Shown one piece after another: positions 1-8,567 of a stretch of DNA of 21,639 nucleotides. The position numbers were made by a program, and so were the translations under genes. Numbering within the stretch: the first letter of the stretch is position 1; every line of letters starts with the position of its first letter. The DNA is from Dickeya dadantii NCPPB 898 (GTDB taxonomy: Bacteria; Pseudomonadota; Gammaproteobacteria; Enterobacterales; Enterobacteriaceae): assembly GCF_000406145.1 (NCBI RefSeq), contig NZ_CM001976.1, positions 1,612,339 through 1,633,977 of the forward strand. Reading direction: 5' to 3'. The notes beneath the pieces were generated by a model. It was not told the origin of the DNA. It worked only from the letters and a program-made list of their open reading frames with translations, and did not search any database.

Positions 1-5
1 ACAGT

Positions 6-364
6 GTTTCAATCCACGCGCCTGTGTGAGGCGCGACTTTATATCACGCCCTATCTATTCACTCTATCTCAGTTTCAATCCACGCGCCTGTGTGAGGCGC
101 GACTCGGTCTTCTGCCGGGTAATGGCGTTATCATCAAGTTTCAATCCACGCGCCTGTGTGAGGCGCGACGCAGCAGCAATAAGCAACGCGGATGTGATAC
201 GTGTTTCAATCCACGCGCCTGTGTGAGGCGCGACGAACGCGGGCGTCGTCCTGTCGGATCAGCATCTGTTTCAATCCACGCGCCTGTGTGAGGCGCGACC
301 CGGCAGCACCTGCCGCTGAACCAGCAAAGCCTGTTTCAATCCACGCGCCTGTGTGAGGCGCGAC
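6..364 (-). CRISPR. Type I-C CRISPR array, truncated by the left window edge: 6 identical 32-bp repeats and 5 complete spacers
   Basis: The repeat gtttcaatccacgcgcctgtgtgaggcgcgac occurs at 6-37, 72-103, 138-169, 203-234, 268-299 and 333-364, all identical. Its reverse complement, GTCGCGCCTCACACAGGCGCGTGGATTGAAAC, has the type I-C hallmarks: GTCGCGCC at the 5' end, an internal CGCGCC/GGCGCG hairpin, and ATTGAAAC at the 3' end. The array is therefore read on the minus strand, like the cas genes. Spacers are 38-71 (34 nt), 104-137 (34), 170-202 (33), 235-267 (33) and 300-332 (33). Bases 1-5 are the tail of a further spacer. Confidence 0.97.
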
Positions 365-544
365 TGCCTTGCGGGCAAGGCGCTTGTAGCATAGCGTCAG
401 CGCTAAAAGAACGCCAACGTCATGTCTGCGGGAGGAAGCTGAGGGCGCAACGGTGAAGTACAGAAATAAATTGTTTATCATTCAATTGGATGAGATTGCG
501 CCAACCGGCCGGGAAAATGATGAGTACCGGGGGTTGGCGCAGCG
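365..544 (-). promoter_or_regulatory. CRISPR leader between the cas2 stop and the leader-proximal repeat, with a possible sigma70-like promoter
   Basis: Non-coding stretch between cas2 (ends at 545) and repeat 333-364. An AT-rich patch lies at 461-490. On the minus strand, TTGAAT (480-485), a 17-nt spacer and TGTACT (457-462) form a weak -35/-10 candidate. A 6-bp hairpin, GCCTTG-CGGG-CAAGGC (366-381), sits next to the first repeat. Confidence 0.6.
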
Positions 545-838
545 TTACACGATAAGCGTATCGCCAAAGATATCCAGCGCCGGTTTGGCGCCGTGGTGCT
601 CAACTTTATCACGCCAGCCCTTGCCAAGGCGATAAAAGCGCAGGCTGTCGACACGTTCGTCATAGGTGGTAAGCAGCTTCTGGCGCAACACCACCCATTG
701 CGCAGCGTCAACGTCGCACTCGAATACCGAGTATTGCACCCGTACACCGTAGTCCAGGCAGATTTTGGCCAGTTGCCGCAGGCGGCGGGGGCCGTTGGCA
801 TCTTCCAGCGACACATCGTAAGTGATGAGTACCATCAT
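545..838 (-). CDS. cas2: CRISPR-associated endoribonuclease Cas2
   Basis: The 97-aa ORF begins MMVLITYDVS...RLRQLAKICLDYGVRVQYSVFEC, a typical Cas2 ferredoxin-fold N-terminus. GGAGAA Shine-Dalgarno upstream. It lies between cas1 and the leader. Confidence 0.95.
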   Translation of the reverse strand: MMVLITYDVSLEDANGPRRLRQLAKICLDYGVRVQYSVFECDVDAAQWVVLRQKLLTTYDERVDSLRFYRLGKGWRDKVEHHGAKPALDIFGDTLIV

Positions 839-865
839 ACAGCGGCTTCTCCGGTTGATATGCTA

Positions 866-1891
866 TTAGCGCAATACATACGGCGGATAGTGCGCCAAAT
901 CGCCACGCAGGTGGCGGGCCAGTAACATCGCCTGCATATGCGGCAAGAGCCCGACAGCGACTTTTTCATTCAAAAACGGATGGGTTATCTCTTCTTGTTT
1001 CCGCGCTTGCCAGGCCTGTAGCACCCGCTTGCGCGCCTCATCTTTTAGCGTTACGCCGCCTAACACATCGGTGGTGAAATCCTGCATGGTCACTTGCTGG
1101 CGGTTAATCAGCGTTAGCACCAGTCGGTCTACCAGTGGCGCACGGAACTCTTCGAGCAGGTCCAGCGCCAGGCTGTCGCGCCCCGGGCGTTCCTGATGTA
1201 AAAAGCCGACTTGCGGGTCAAGGCCGACGCCTTGTAAAGCCCCGCTGATCTCTTTACTCAGAATGGCATAGAAAAAAGAGAGCAGCGCGTTGACCGGGTC
1301 TCGCGGCGGGCGACGTGAGCGGCCATTAAAGCGAAGCTCACGCCGGGCGGCAATCAGCAAATCGAACACGCCGAAATAGTGGCTGGCGGCCTCACCTTCC
1401 AGCCCTCGCAGGCGTTCGATATCGGTCTTCGCGGGAAGCTCGGCGACAATCTGGCGCAGGCGGTCAGCGGCGGCCTGCAACGCCGGGTTATCGCCATAGG
1501 TGCGCAGGTGGCGTAAGAGCACACGGCGGGAAGACTGGATTTTGGCGGTAAGAATATGGCGTGCCAGTGTCGCTGCCTGGGTGTTCGAGGCCTGAAACTG
1601 GGCGCGCCGTAGCAACACATTGCCACTCTGGCGGCCGACGACACGCGCCAGAAAGCGGCCGAATTGATCGAAGAACGATAATTGAGTGCCGTTTTCGCCG
1701 CAAAATCCCATTAATTGCGGCGACACCAGCACATTGCCGAAACAGAAAATATTGCTGACGGAGTGGATCGGCACTTGCAGCAGTTTCTGGCGCTGGCCGT
1801 CTACCGTTTGTTCAATCAGTAGCGTTTCACGCTCTTTATGCAGCCAGGCTCCGTCGCGGGTGATATAGAGGCTATTCTGGAGTTTCTTCAT
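866..1891 (-). CDS. cas1: CRISPR-associated integrase Cas1 (type I-C)
   Basis: The ORF track entry 866-2053 is trimmed to the internal ATG at 1891 (MKKLQNSLYITRDGAWLHKERETLL...), giving 341 aa. The upstream 54 codons overlap cas4 and are Cas1-unlike. This start overlaps the cas4 stop by 20 nt. Confidence 0.92.
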   Translation of the reverse strand: MKKLQNSLYITRDGAWLHKERETLLIEQTVDGQRQKLLQVPIHSVSNIFCFGNVLVSPQLMGFCGENGTQLSFFDQFGRFLARVVGRQSGNVLLRRAQFQASNTQAATLARHILTAKIQSSRRVLLRHLRTYGDNPALQAAADRLRQIVAELPAKTDIERLRGLEGEAASHYFGVFDLLIAARRELRFNGRSRRPPRDPVNALLSFFYAILSKEISGALQGVGLDPQVGFLHQERPGRDSLALDLLEEFRAPLVDRLVLTLINRQQVTMQDFTTDVLGGVTLKDEARKRVLQAWQARKQEEITHPFLNEKVAVGLLPHMQAMLLARHLRGDLAHYPPYVLR

Positions 1892-2513
1892 CTCGGTCTT
1901 CCACAAGGTAAAGCCGGCGAATGTAGTCGCCGGAACGGTCTGCGTGTTGCAGTGACGGCTGACAGAGTTCATTGAGCGAGCAGGCAAGGCAGTGCTTACC
2001 CGGTGTGGCGTGTGGGGTTTCGCCCTGTTGCAGCAGGTGGCTGACGGCCGCAATCAACTGCCGGGTGTGGGTGCGCAGCGCCTCATCAAGCTCAACCTCA
2101 AGGCGGCGGCGCGTCTCCCAGTACCACAAGGCGCCGACGGGAATGGGCTGCCCGCTCATCTCTTCCAGCGCCAGCGCCTGCGCGCACAGTTGAACCTTAT
2201 CCGCCTGATGGATTTTCGGCTTGCCGCGTTTGTATTCCACCGGGGTTAGTGCCCCAGTGGCCAACACCTGTTCGAGCAAATCCAGCTTACCGCTCAGGCC
2301 CAGTTGCGGGGCCTGAACGATGACGCCGCGCTCGTAACGGATGCCGCGCCGGGTTTCCGGCAGGCCGTGGTCGACCCGCTGGTGTAACATCGTGCCTTGC
2401 GCCGTCAGCCAGTTATCCGCCCATATCTGCTCAGTGTGAATGAGTGCGCACTGACGCGGGCAGAAGGCGTAATGTTGCAGTGCCGAAATCGGCACCAGAC
2501 GCGGGTCATCCAT
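1872..2513 (-). CDS. cas4: CRISPR-associated RecB-like exonuclease Cas4 (Fe-S cluster type)
   Basis: 213 aa. An N-terminal Cys (YAFCPRQC) plus a C-terminal Cys triad (CLACSLNELC) match the Cas4 four-Cys arrangement. Its position between cas7 and cas1 is as expected for I-C. Confidence 0.92.
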   Translation of the reverse strand: MDDPRLVPISALQHYAFCPRQCALIHTEQIWADNWLTAQGTMLHQRVDHGLPETRRGIRYERGVIVQAPQLGLSGKLDLLEQVLATGALTPVEYKRGKPKIHQADKVQLCAQALALEEMSGQPIPVGALWYWETRRRLEVELDEALRTHTRQLIAAVSHLLQQGETPHATPGKHCLACSLNELCQPSLQHADRSGDYIRRLYLVEDRDEETPE

Positions 2514-2516
2514 GGT

Positions 2517-3395
2517 TTACTCCAGCAGGCGGTGCAAGGTCACACCGGCGGGCAGGGCGGCGTCATCCAGCGTGACCTGGTAATCGGCATAGCTGCGCGC
2601 CGGGCCGTCGCTGGTGCGGGTGATGTGCAGGCAGTCGAACAGCTTGCGCGCCGGTGCGTTACCCAGTGCGCAGTCATGCTGGAAAACATACAGCGCGCAG
2701 GCATTCATCTCGCCGCGGGCGGCGGATCTGTCGTGCTCAAACATGTTGAGCAACGCTTCCCACAGCAGCGCCAGGTCGTCGTCGCTAAAGCCGGTCTGGC
2801 GCGCCAGATGGGCTGAAATATAACCATGACAGCGGTACAAACCGTAAGGCACGGTGTTTTTGCGCCCCATGGTGCGGTTGTCGCCATCTTGGGCCAGGGC
2901 TTCTTTTTCGGTGGCGACCGCGCAGCGGGTAATGGCGTGTTCCAGCGCCACAATCGGTTCGATGGATCGCGAGAAGGTCAGTTGCACCGGGCCGCGCACC
3001 TGGCCGCAGTTAACCCCGATCGACATCACCGCGCCGAAGGTGCGCACATCGTAAAAGTTGCGGCACATCCACTGGCGGGCTTCGTCCACCGCGTTGCCGC
3101 CTTTGCGTTTTTTGTCGCTGTTTAGCGCCTCGCTTTTGCCGATGCCTTCATAAGCGCGCTCGTGGGTTTTATTCAAAATCGCCTTTTCTTTGACGTAGAT
3201 TTCATACGGCGGCTGCTCGTTGCGCGTTAGGCCGACATAGTTGCGAATTTTGCGTTTCAGGCACACATCCGTCACCAGCCCCTGACCGGTTTCGGCATCC
3301 ACGCGCGGCAGGTTGCCCGCGTCCGGGTCACCGTTGGGGTTGCCGTCTTTCACATCAAACAACAGCACGAATTCATAGCGGTGGTTAAGGCTCAT
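2517..3395 (-). CDS. cas7: Cascade backbone subunit Cas7 (Csd2), type I-C
   Basis: The 292-aa ORF starts [33 protein letters not shown], the characteristic Csd2/Cas7c N-terminus. An ATGA overlap couples it to the cas8c stop (3392-3395). Confidence 0.93.
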   Translation of the reverse strand: MSLNHRYEFVLLFDVKDGNPNGDPDAGNLPRVDAETGQGLVTDVCLKRKIRNYVGLTRNEQPPYEIYVKEKAILNKTHERAYEGIGKSEALNSDKKRKGGNAVDEARQWMCRNFYDVRTFGAVMSIGVNCGQVRGPVQLTFSRSIEPIVALEHAITRCAVATEKEALAQDGDNRTMGRKNTVPYGLYRCHGYISAHLARQTGFSDDDLALLWEALLNMFEHDRSAARGEMNACALYVFQHDCALGNAPARKLFDCLHITRTSDGPARSYADYQVTLDDAALPAGVTLHRLLE

Positions 3396-5140
3396 TGTTC
3401 ATCTCCCTGACTGGATGTGGATTGAGAAAAAAAGTGCTGACGCTGATGGTAGTAACCGATGGCAAACAACCCCTGCTGCTCCTGATTGAGGTGAGGGGGG
3501 AAAGCGGTGATGTCGTCGATAATCTCGCCGATGCATTTCTGGTAATGGATTTGCAGCGAGGTTTTGAGCTTTTTCAAATGGTGGGTATGCAGCCGCATTA
3601 GCGTGTGGAACACCGCCACCGGGGTACTGCTGGCGCTGCTGTAATAGCGGTCGCAGAGGGTGGCGTTAATAGTGGGGTTGGCGGCGTGTTGTATTTGCTC
3701 AAGCGTAGCGAACAACCGGCCAAGCCGGTAGCCGATGCGCTGTTCTTCCGGGTCGAGAGACACAGAAACCTCCTTGATGGATTGACGACGAAAAGCCCGG
3801 TTGAGACAGGCTTTCATCAGCGATGCACGGTAATAACTGACGTCGCCCCGTTCGGCCCGGATGCGCTGTAACAGTGCGGTCATCAGGGCGGCTGGCAGCG
3901 GCTGGCCGCTCAGAATGGCGCGCACCGTGGTGCCGGCCAGTAGCGGCGACAGGTTTTCTTCTTTATTCAGCAACGCGCAGGCACGTAACAGCGCTTTCAG
4001 CGGCGGGAAGGGGTACGTCACCGCTTTGGGTTTGATGATGGCGATATCGCCAAACCACTCCTGGAGCCGTTCGGCGAATTGCGCCACCGTGCCTTCCTGA
4101 AAAAAGCGGATGGCGACGCGCGCGGCATTCGGCGACAGCCCCAGCAGGTAAAAGCGGGCATCGCCGTCGGCTCCGCAGTAAGCGCCGTTATGCACGGAGT
4201 TAAACAGTGCCGTGACGGTGCGCACGCCGCTGTCCGGGTCATCGCTGTGACTGCTGCCGAACAGCGTCGGCAGCCAGCTCTCCAGCGGATGAGCCCGACT
4301 GGCCCAGCACACGACCGAGGTTTCGCCAAGTTGCAACCGGTTCGGGCTGTGGGTTTGCAGCAGGGCGTTAAGCGCCGTGGTGTATTCAAATGTCGCTTGT
4401 TCGCTAATCGGGGCATTGGCTCCCTGTTCTTTGCCAAACGAGCGAAACGCATCCAGATTGAACGACACCAGACTGGCGCCTGACGATTGTGCGCCCCACA
4501 CGCCTTTGATTGACGGGTGCAGGGTGGCGACCGGCAAGCGCTCGCCGCTCACCAGGCAGCGCCCCGCGGGTTTGTCGCTGTCGGCAAGGACGTGCTGATA
4601 CGCCGCCAGTACCGCCGGGCGCTGGAATACCAGACAGTCGGCATCCGTCACCAGCCGGAAGGTTAACAGTGGGTTGGTGTCGTTGATTTCCGCCCACAGC
4701 GGGTCTTGTTCCAGCTCGGGCTGCGGCAGGCTATCGTAGCGTTGATAAAACGCCAGCACCGCCTGAAGGCCGTTATCCTGCGGGGCGAAGGCCGCCAGCG
4801 CCTGAATCCGGCGAATAAAGCAGGCTTTTTGCTGTTCGGTGCGCGTCGGGTTGCCTTTTTTATCGATGCCTAGCACATAGTCCGCCGGGTCCCACAACAG
4901 GTTGGCGGCGACACCGGAGGTTTTTTTGATGCTTTTCGCCACGGTGAATAGGCGCGCCTGCGGCTTTTTCCCTTGTGCCTCATCAAGATAACGGGTGTCT
5001 TCAAACTGCAAAAAGCGGCCGTCACTGGTAAGGACAATCACAAACGGGATGGCTTTTTGCTCAAAGCCAAAGGCCGGCAGGGCGCTGTCGGCCTCCTTTT
5101 GCCGCCGCTGGTAATACTGGCATAGGGCGTGCAGGATCAT
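3392..5140 (-). CDS. cas8c: Cascade large subunit Cas8c (Csd1), type I-C
   Basis: 582 aa, with a Csd1-like N-terminus ([14 protein letters not shown]). It sits between cas5 and cas7, and an ATGA overlap couples it to the cas5 stop (5137-5140). Confidence 0.93.
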   Translation of the reverse strand: MILHALCQYYQRRQKEADSALPAFGFEQKAIPFVIVLTSDGRFLQFEDTRYLDEAQGKKPQARLFTVAKSIKKTSGVAANLLWDPADYVLGIDKKGNPTRTEQQKACFIRRIQALAAFAPQDNGLQAVLAFYQRYDSLPQPELEQDPLWAEINDTNPLLTFRLVTDADCLVFQRPAVLAAYQHVLADSDKPAGRCLVSGERLPVATLHPSIKGVWGAQSSGASLVSFNLDAFRSFGKEQGANAPISEQATFEYTTALNALLQTHSPNRLQLGETSVVCWASRAHPLESWLPTLFGSSHSDDPDSGVRTVTALFNSVHNGAYCGADGDARFYLLGLSPNAARVAIRFFQEGTVAQFAERLQEWFGDIAIIKPKAVTYPFPPLKALLRACALLNKEENLSPLLAGTTVRAILSGQPLPAALMTALLQRIRAERGDVSYYRASLMKACLNRAFRRQSIKEVSVSLDPEEQRIGYRLGRLFATLEQIQHAANPTINATLCDRYYSSASSTPVAVFHTLMRLHTHHLKKLKTSLQIHYQKCIGEIIDDITAFPPHLNQEQQGLFAIGYYHQRQHFFSQSTSSQGDEQ

Positions 5141-5799
5141 GCGACCACCTCGGGGCTGTCTGGCGCGGGAATATCAATCACGCCCTGGGTCATGTTGGCA
5201 TGGAAAAAGCGCGGGGTCGGGTTTTGCGCCTGCCGGTAATCCATGTCGTAGAGCATCCAGCCGAGTTCGCGGTCTTGTGCCAGTGCCGGTGGTTGCGGCG
5301 TGTCGTCGTCAATCAGCATCACATCAGCGGCGAATTCGCGGCAACCCAGATACGGCTGATTGATGCATTGCCCTTTTTGCGCCCGGCGGCGGAACATCTC
5401 GGCAAATTTCCCGGCGTTATCGCCGCTGCCTGCCTGCGCCGTCAGGGTGAATTCGCCGTGCAGACGGTAGTGCACATCACGTAAAAACAAGCCGGCGCGT
5501 TGTTGGCGGTCATCTTCAATGTAGAGCCCCAGCGAGCCGCTGCCCGCCTTCATCGCACTGGTCACCACCCGGCTGGAGATAACCGAGCCGACTTCGTTGC
5601 GACGCAGGTTTATCCAGCGAATTGGGTTGATGACCTCAATACGCGTCACCCGCCAGGCGATGGCTGGTTTCCATAAAATAGCTTCAAAAATACTACGTGC
5701 GGCCGAGGGGGTCATCACATCATAACTGACGCGCTCCACCTTCATTTCCGGGCGGGTAAAACATGCAAACTCGCCCTGCACATCCAGACAAAATGGCAT
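5137..5799 (-). CDS. cas5: Cas5d pre-crRNA endoribonuclease / Cascade subunit, type I-C
   Basis: 220 aa starting MPFCLDVQGEFACFTRPEMKVERVSYDVMTPSAARSIFEAILWKP, a typical Cas5d N-terminus. The locus has no cas6, as expected for I-C. Confidence 0.93.
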   Translation of the reverse strand: MPFCLDVQGEFACFTRPEMKVERVSYDVMTPSAARSIFEAILWKPAIAWRVTRIEVINPIRWINLRRNEVGSVISSRVVTSAMKAGSGSLGLYIEDDRQQRAGLFLRDVHYRLHGEFTLTAQAGSGDNAGKFAEMFRRRAQKGQCINQPYLGCREFAADVMLIDDDTPQPPALAQDRELGWMLYDMDYRQAQNPTPRFFHANMTQGVIDIPAPDSPEVVA

Positions 5800-5810
5800 A
5801 AAGCCTCCTG

Positions 5811-8072
5811 TTAAATCACTGAATCCTCAGCCGATAGCAGTGCCTCCGGCAGTTTTACGCCGGTATTGCGGCAATAGTGGCTGTCTAATAACACCAGCAG
5901 CCCGGCGCGAGGCTGCAATGCGCCAAGGGCTTGCAGCCGCACCGCCAGCGTTTGCGGTAAGGTCACGCTATAGCGTTGCAATTTGCGATAAACCCAATGG
6001 GCGCCGGCGTCGCTTTCAAGGCATTGCAGCCAATACTCGACCGGGCTTGGTTCCTCGTCGTCCGGCTGCCAGGGCACAATCACCGCCACGCTGGTGTCGT
6101 CAATCAGGCGAAATTTCTCCGCTGCGTCACGAAAACAGATAGACAGCCCGATGTCTGAATCAGGTTCCGCGCGCAGCAGGCGACCAATGCCGTGGCGGTC
6201 ACGCTCGCCTTTGCTGTTAAACCGGGTGAAGTAATCATAAAACGCCTCCGGAGAGAGTGGGTCGGTCAGCAGACAGGCATTCACCATCTCCAGCGTGCAC
6301 TGGGCGGCCTGACGCAATGCCCCGGCGGGCGGCAGTGCAGGCGGCATAAATACCTGCACGATACCGCGCCGGGTCAGTTGACCCTCGCGGTTGCAGCGAC
6401 CTGCCGCCTGAGCGATGGCATCGAGTCCGGCGATGGCGCGCCACACCGTCGGAAAATCGAGATCGACGCCGGCTTCAACCAACGGGGTGCTTATCACCCG
6501 TAACGGGCGGTTATCGCCCTGTTGACGGGCTTCCAGCCGCTGTTTTATCTGTGTAATCACCTGGCTGCGATGTTCCGCACACATTTGCGCGGAGAGATGC
6601 AAGACGTCCGGGTCATCGGCCAGTAGTTGATACAGAGTGCGCGCATCGGCACGGGTATTGACGATACACAGCACACAGGGTTGTGCGGCAAGATCGGCGG
6701 CTAATGTTCGCCAGTCGCAGGGCGTCAGAGAAAAGCGCACCTCAACCCGGCGCAGTGCGTCGGCAAGCTGCGTGGGCCGGGCGATGATTTCACGCACCTG
6801 CGTCAACCCCGGCATCAGTAATTGCCCAAACGGATTGCGCTGGGCCTCCAGTACCGGCTGTGTGGCGGTGCAGAGCACCCAACTCACGCCAAACAGTTCG
6901 GTGAGTTGTTGCATCACCTGCGTAATCGGGGCGTGAAAGTCGCGCGGCAGCTGCTGCGCCTCATCCAAAATGATCACGCTGTCAGCGAGGTTGTGCAGTT
7001 TACGGCAGCGACTGGTTCGGGCTGCATGGAGTGATTCGAACAACTGCACATTGGTGGTGACGATAATCGGTGCATCCCAGTTTTCACACGCCAGCCGGGC
7101 GCGGGCATCGTCACTGTTATCAAGGTTGCAGTGGTGCTCAACGACCGCATCATCCCCGAGAGCCTGACGAAACACCGCGGCGTTTTGCTCGATAATGCTG
7201 GTGTAGGGAATGGCGTAAATAATACGTTTTTTGCCGTGACGCAGCGCGTGATCGAGCGCAAAGCCGAGGCTTGCCAGCGTCTTGCCGCCGCCGGTCGGCA
7301 CTGTCAGGCTAAACAGGCCGGGCGGAAGACTTGCCGCCTGCCGGGTTTCGTCAAGAATGGACTGGCGCAGTTGATACAGCGGTGACTGTGGGTTACGGCC
7401 GGCAAGGGCGTGCATATGGCTTTGATAGCGCGGCTGCAGCGATGCCAGTGTCAGCGATGCGGTTTTTTCGCGCCGCGCGGCGTTCTCAGGCGACATATAG
7501 CGCTCGGTATCGAGAAAGTCGGCATCCACCAGGCAGGAGAACAGCATTCGCAGCCATAGCGCGATGTTTTCTTCCGAGAGGGGCGGCAGGCTAACCGGTA
7601 TTGCTTGCAAAATATCCGCTGGAATCGCCTGTTCGCGAGCCTGCTGATACTCCTCGTCACCGGTGGTTAAGCGATTATATAAAGAACCGGCATCGCCTCT
7701 GCCATTGGGCAAACCGGCGTGATGACCGCTAATAGCGTAAGCCAGAATATGCCCAAGGCCGTTGCCTAACGCGGTGATGGCATAGCGGGCACCGGCAATC
7801 GAGTGGCTTACGCGTCCGGGCGCTTGTTCAATGTGGGCGTTTTCAGCGTCATAACCTGAGGCCTTACGCAAATAGTCCTGAAAAGGCGGGCGGTATTTAC
7901 CCAGATCGTGCCATCGCCCGGCAAGCCTTGCCCAGTCCGATAATGTCGCGGGTGCAATGGCGGCGGCCAATTCTGCGACATCCCGCAAATGTTCATCAAG
8001 ATAATGGGGCGTGTTCCAGTCACCGTCGTTATTTCTTTTGACATGCGCAATAAACGGAAGTCTTTCTGCCAT
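5811..8072 (-). CDS. cas3: Cas3 HD-nuclease / superfamily-2 helicase
   Basis: 753 aa. N-terminal HD-domain motifs (HLRDV, RWHDLGKY, SGHHAG). Helicase motif I is TVPTGGGKT and motif II is ILDEAQ. AAGAGG Shine-Dalgarno lies 7 nt upstream of the ATG at 8072. Confidence 0.95.
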   Translation of the reverse strand: MAERLPFIAHVKRNNDGDWNTPHYLDEHLRDVAELAAAIAPATLSDWARLAGRWHDLGKYRPPFQDYLRKASGYDAENAHIEQAPGRVSHSIAGARYAITALGNGLGHILAYAISGHHAGLPNGRGDAGSLYNRLTTGDEEYQQAREQAIPADILQAIPVSLPPLSEENIALWLRMLFSCLVDADFLDTERYMSPENAARREKTASLTLASLQPRYQSHMHALAGRNPQSPLYQLRQSILDETRQAASLPPGLFSLTVPTGGGKTLASLGFALDHALRHGKKRIIYAIPYTSIIEQNAAVFRQALGDDAVVEHHCNLDNSDDARARLACENWDAPIIVTTNVQLFESLHAARTSRCRKLHNLADSVIILDEAQQLPRDFHAPITQVMQQLTELFGVSWVLCTATQPVLEAQRNPFGQLLMPGLTQVREIIARPTQLADALRRVEVRFSLTPCDWRTLAADLAAQPCVLCIVNTRADARTLYQLLADDPDVLHLSAQMCAEHRSQVITQIKQRLEARQQGDNRPLRVISTPLVEAGVDLDFPTVWRAIAGLDAIAQAAGRCNREGQLTRRGIVQVFMPPALPPAGALRQAAQCTLEMVNACLLTDPLSPEAFYDYFTRFNSKGERDRHGIGRLLRAEPDSDIGLSICFRDAAEKFRLIDDTSVAVIVPWQPDDEEPSPVEYWLQCLESDAGAHWVYRKLQRYSVTLPQTLAVRLQALGALQPRAGLLVLLDSHYCRNTGVKLPEALLSAEDSVI

Positions 8073-8346
8073 ACCGGCCTCTTAAATAGACAGTATTATT
8101 ATTTAATCTGCCATTTTAAGTGAAATGAATAATATATAAATCATTGTTTTAAAATGTTTTTATTAAAATAATTCATCTTTAAATAATATCGAGAAGGGTG
8201 CTTTTTATTCTTAAAGATACCCGGTTAATTTAACGCAAACTGGCAGGGAAATCGTATCGTTAATATCACTATTTTTGCATCCTGTTGGTGATGATGGCGG
8301 CTCGTGTTTTGGTGGTGCAGTGCTGGAAAACGAGCGGGCATAAAAG

Positions 8347-8362
8347 TGTGATGAATGTCTCA
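8347..8362. promoter_or_regulatory. CRP-like site (TGTGA-N6-TCTCA)
   Basis: aaagTGTGAtgaatgTCTCAaaat compared with the consensus TGTGA-N6-TCACA matches 9 of 10 core positions. Sequence match only. Confidence 0.3.
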
Positions 8363-8509
8363 AAATAACATTTTGACTGTCTGGCTGTCAGGGTGTGAAA
8401 AGCGGGGTGAAAAAGGGCGATAAGTGCCCATCCTGTATGCATTTAGTGAATATAGCGTCAATAATTGTAAGGATTTGGTTATTAAAGTCGTCATTTAAAT
8501 AACACTTGA

Positions 8510-8552
8510 GCGTCATTATTGTTAATGATAATTGTTGTCATTATCAATATCA
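8510..8552 (+). promoter_or_regulatory. Cluster of overlapping Fur boxes at the acsF promoter
   Basis: GTTAATGATAATTGTTGTC (8521-8539) matches the 19-bp Fur consensus GATAATGATAATCATTATC at 15 of 19 positions by hand alignment. It is flanked by further ATTATT/ATTATC/AATATC hexamers (cgtcATTATTgttAATGATAATtgttgtCATTATCAATATC). The cluster ends 16 nt upstream of the acsF ATG. The achromobactin operon is known to be iron/Fur regulated in Dickeya. Confidence 0.65.
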
Positions 8553-8567
8553 CAGGGGGTGAAGACG

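Larger units (their letters stand above)
8073..8567. promoter_or_regulatory. AT-rich divergent intergenic control region between cas3 (minus strand) and acsF (plus strand)
   Basis: About 495 bp with no ORF of 60 aa or more. The cas3-proximal part (about 8080-8260) is very AT-rich. The promoters of both divergent operons must lie here. Confidence 0.8.

Noticed and set aside
116-128. 13-nt identity between spacer 2 (cgggtaatggcgt, 116-128) and cas7 coding sequence (2926-2938)
   Set aside because: Only 13 of 34 nt match and the flanks diverge. This is too short for type I-C targeting and is consistent with a chance match in GC-rich DNA. It is not a self-targeting spacer.
4-291. ORFs 4-291 and 26-226 (plus strand) and 206-481 (minus strand) across the left end
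   Set aside because: They read through the CRISPR repeats, which shows up as the repeated peptides FQSTRLCEAR and FNPRACVRRD. They are array artefacts, not genes.
453-925. ORFs 453-635 (+), 478-816 (-) and 593-925 (+) overlapping the leader, cas2 and the cas1 3' end
   Set aside because: They run antisense or out of frame relative to a clearly recognisable cas2. They have no Shine-Dalgarno and their composition is low-complexity.
1892-2053. 54-codon N-terminal extension of cas1 in the ORF track
   Set aside because: The extension lies inside cas4 in another frame and is unlike Cas1. The ATG at 1891 gives the canonical MKKLQNSLYITRDG start.
8291-8368. 25-codon ORF (MMAARVLVVQCWKTSGHKSVMNVSK) and an imperfect hairpin (8300-8335) in the cas3/acsF spacer
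   Set aside because: There is no convincing Shine-Dalgarno and no recognisable peptide features. The hairpin has no U-tract on either strand. The evidence is too weak to call a small protein or an sRNA.
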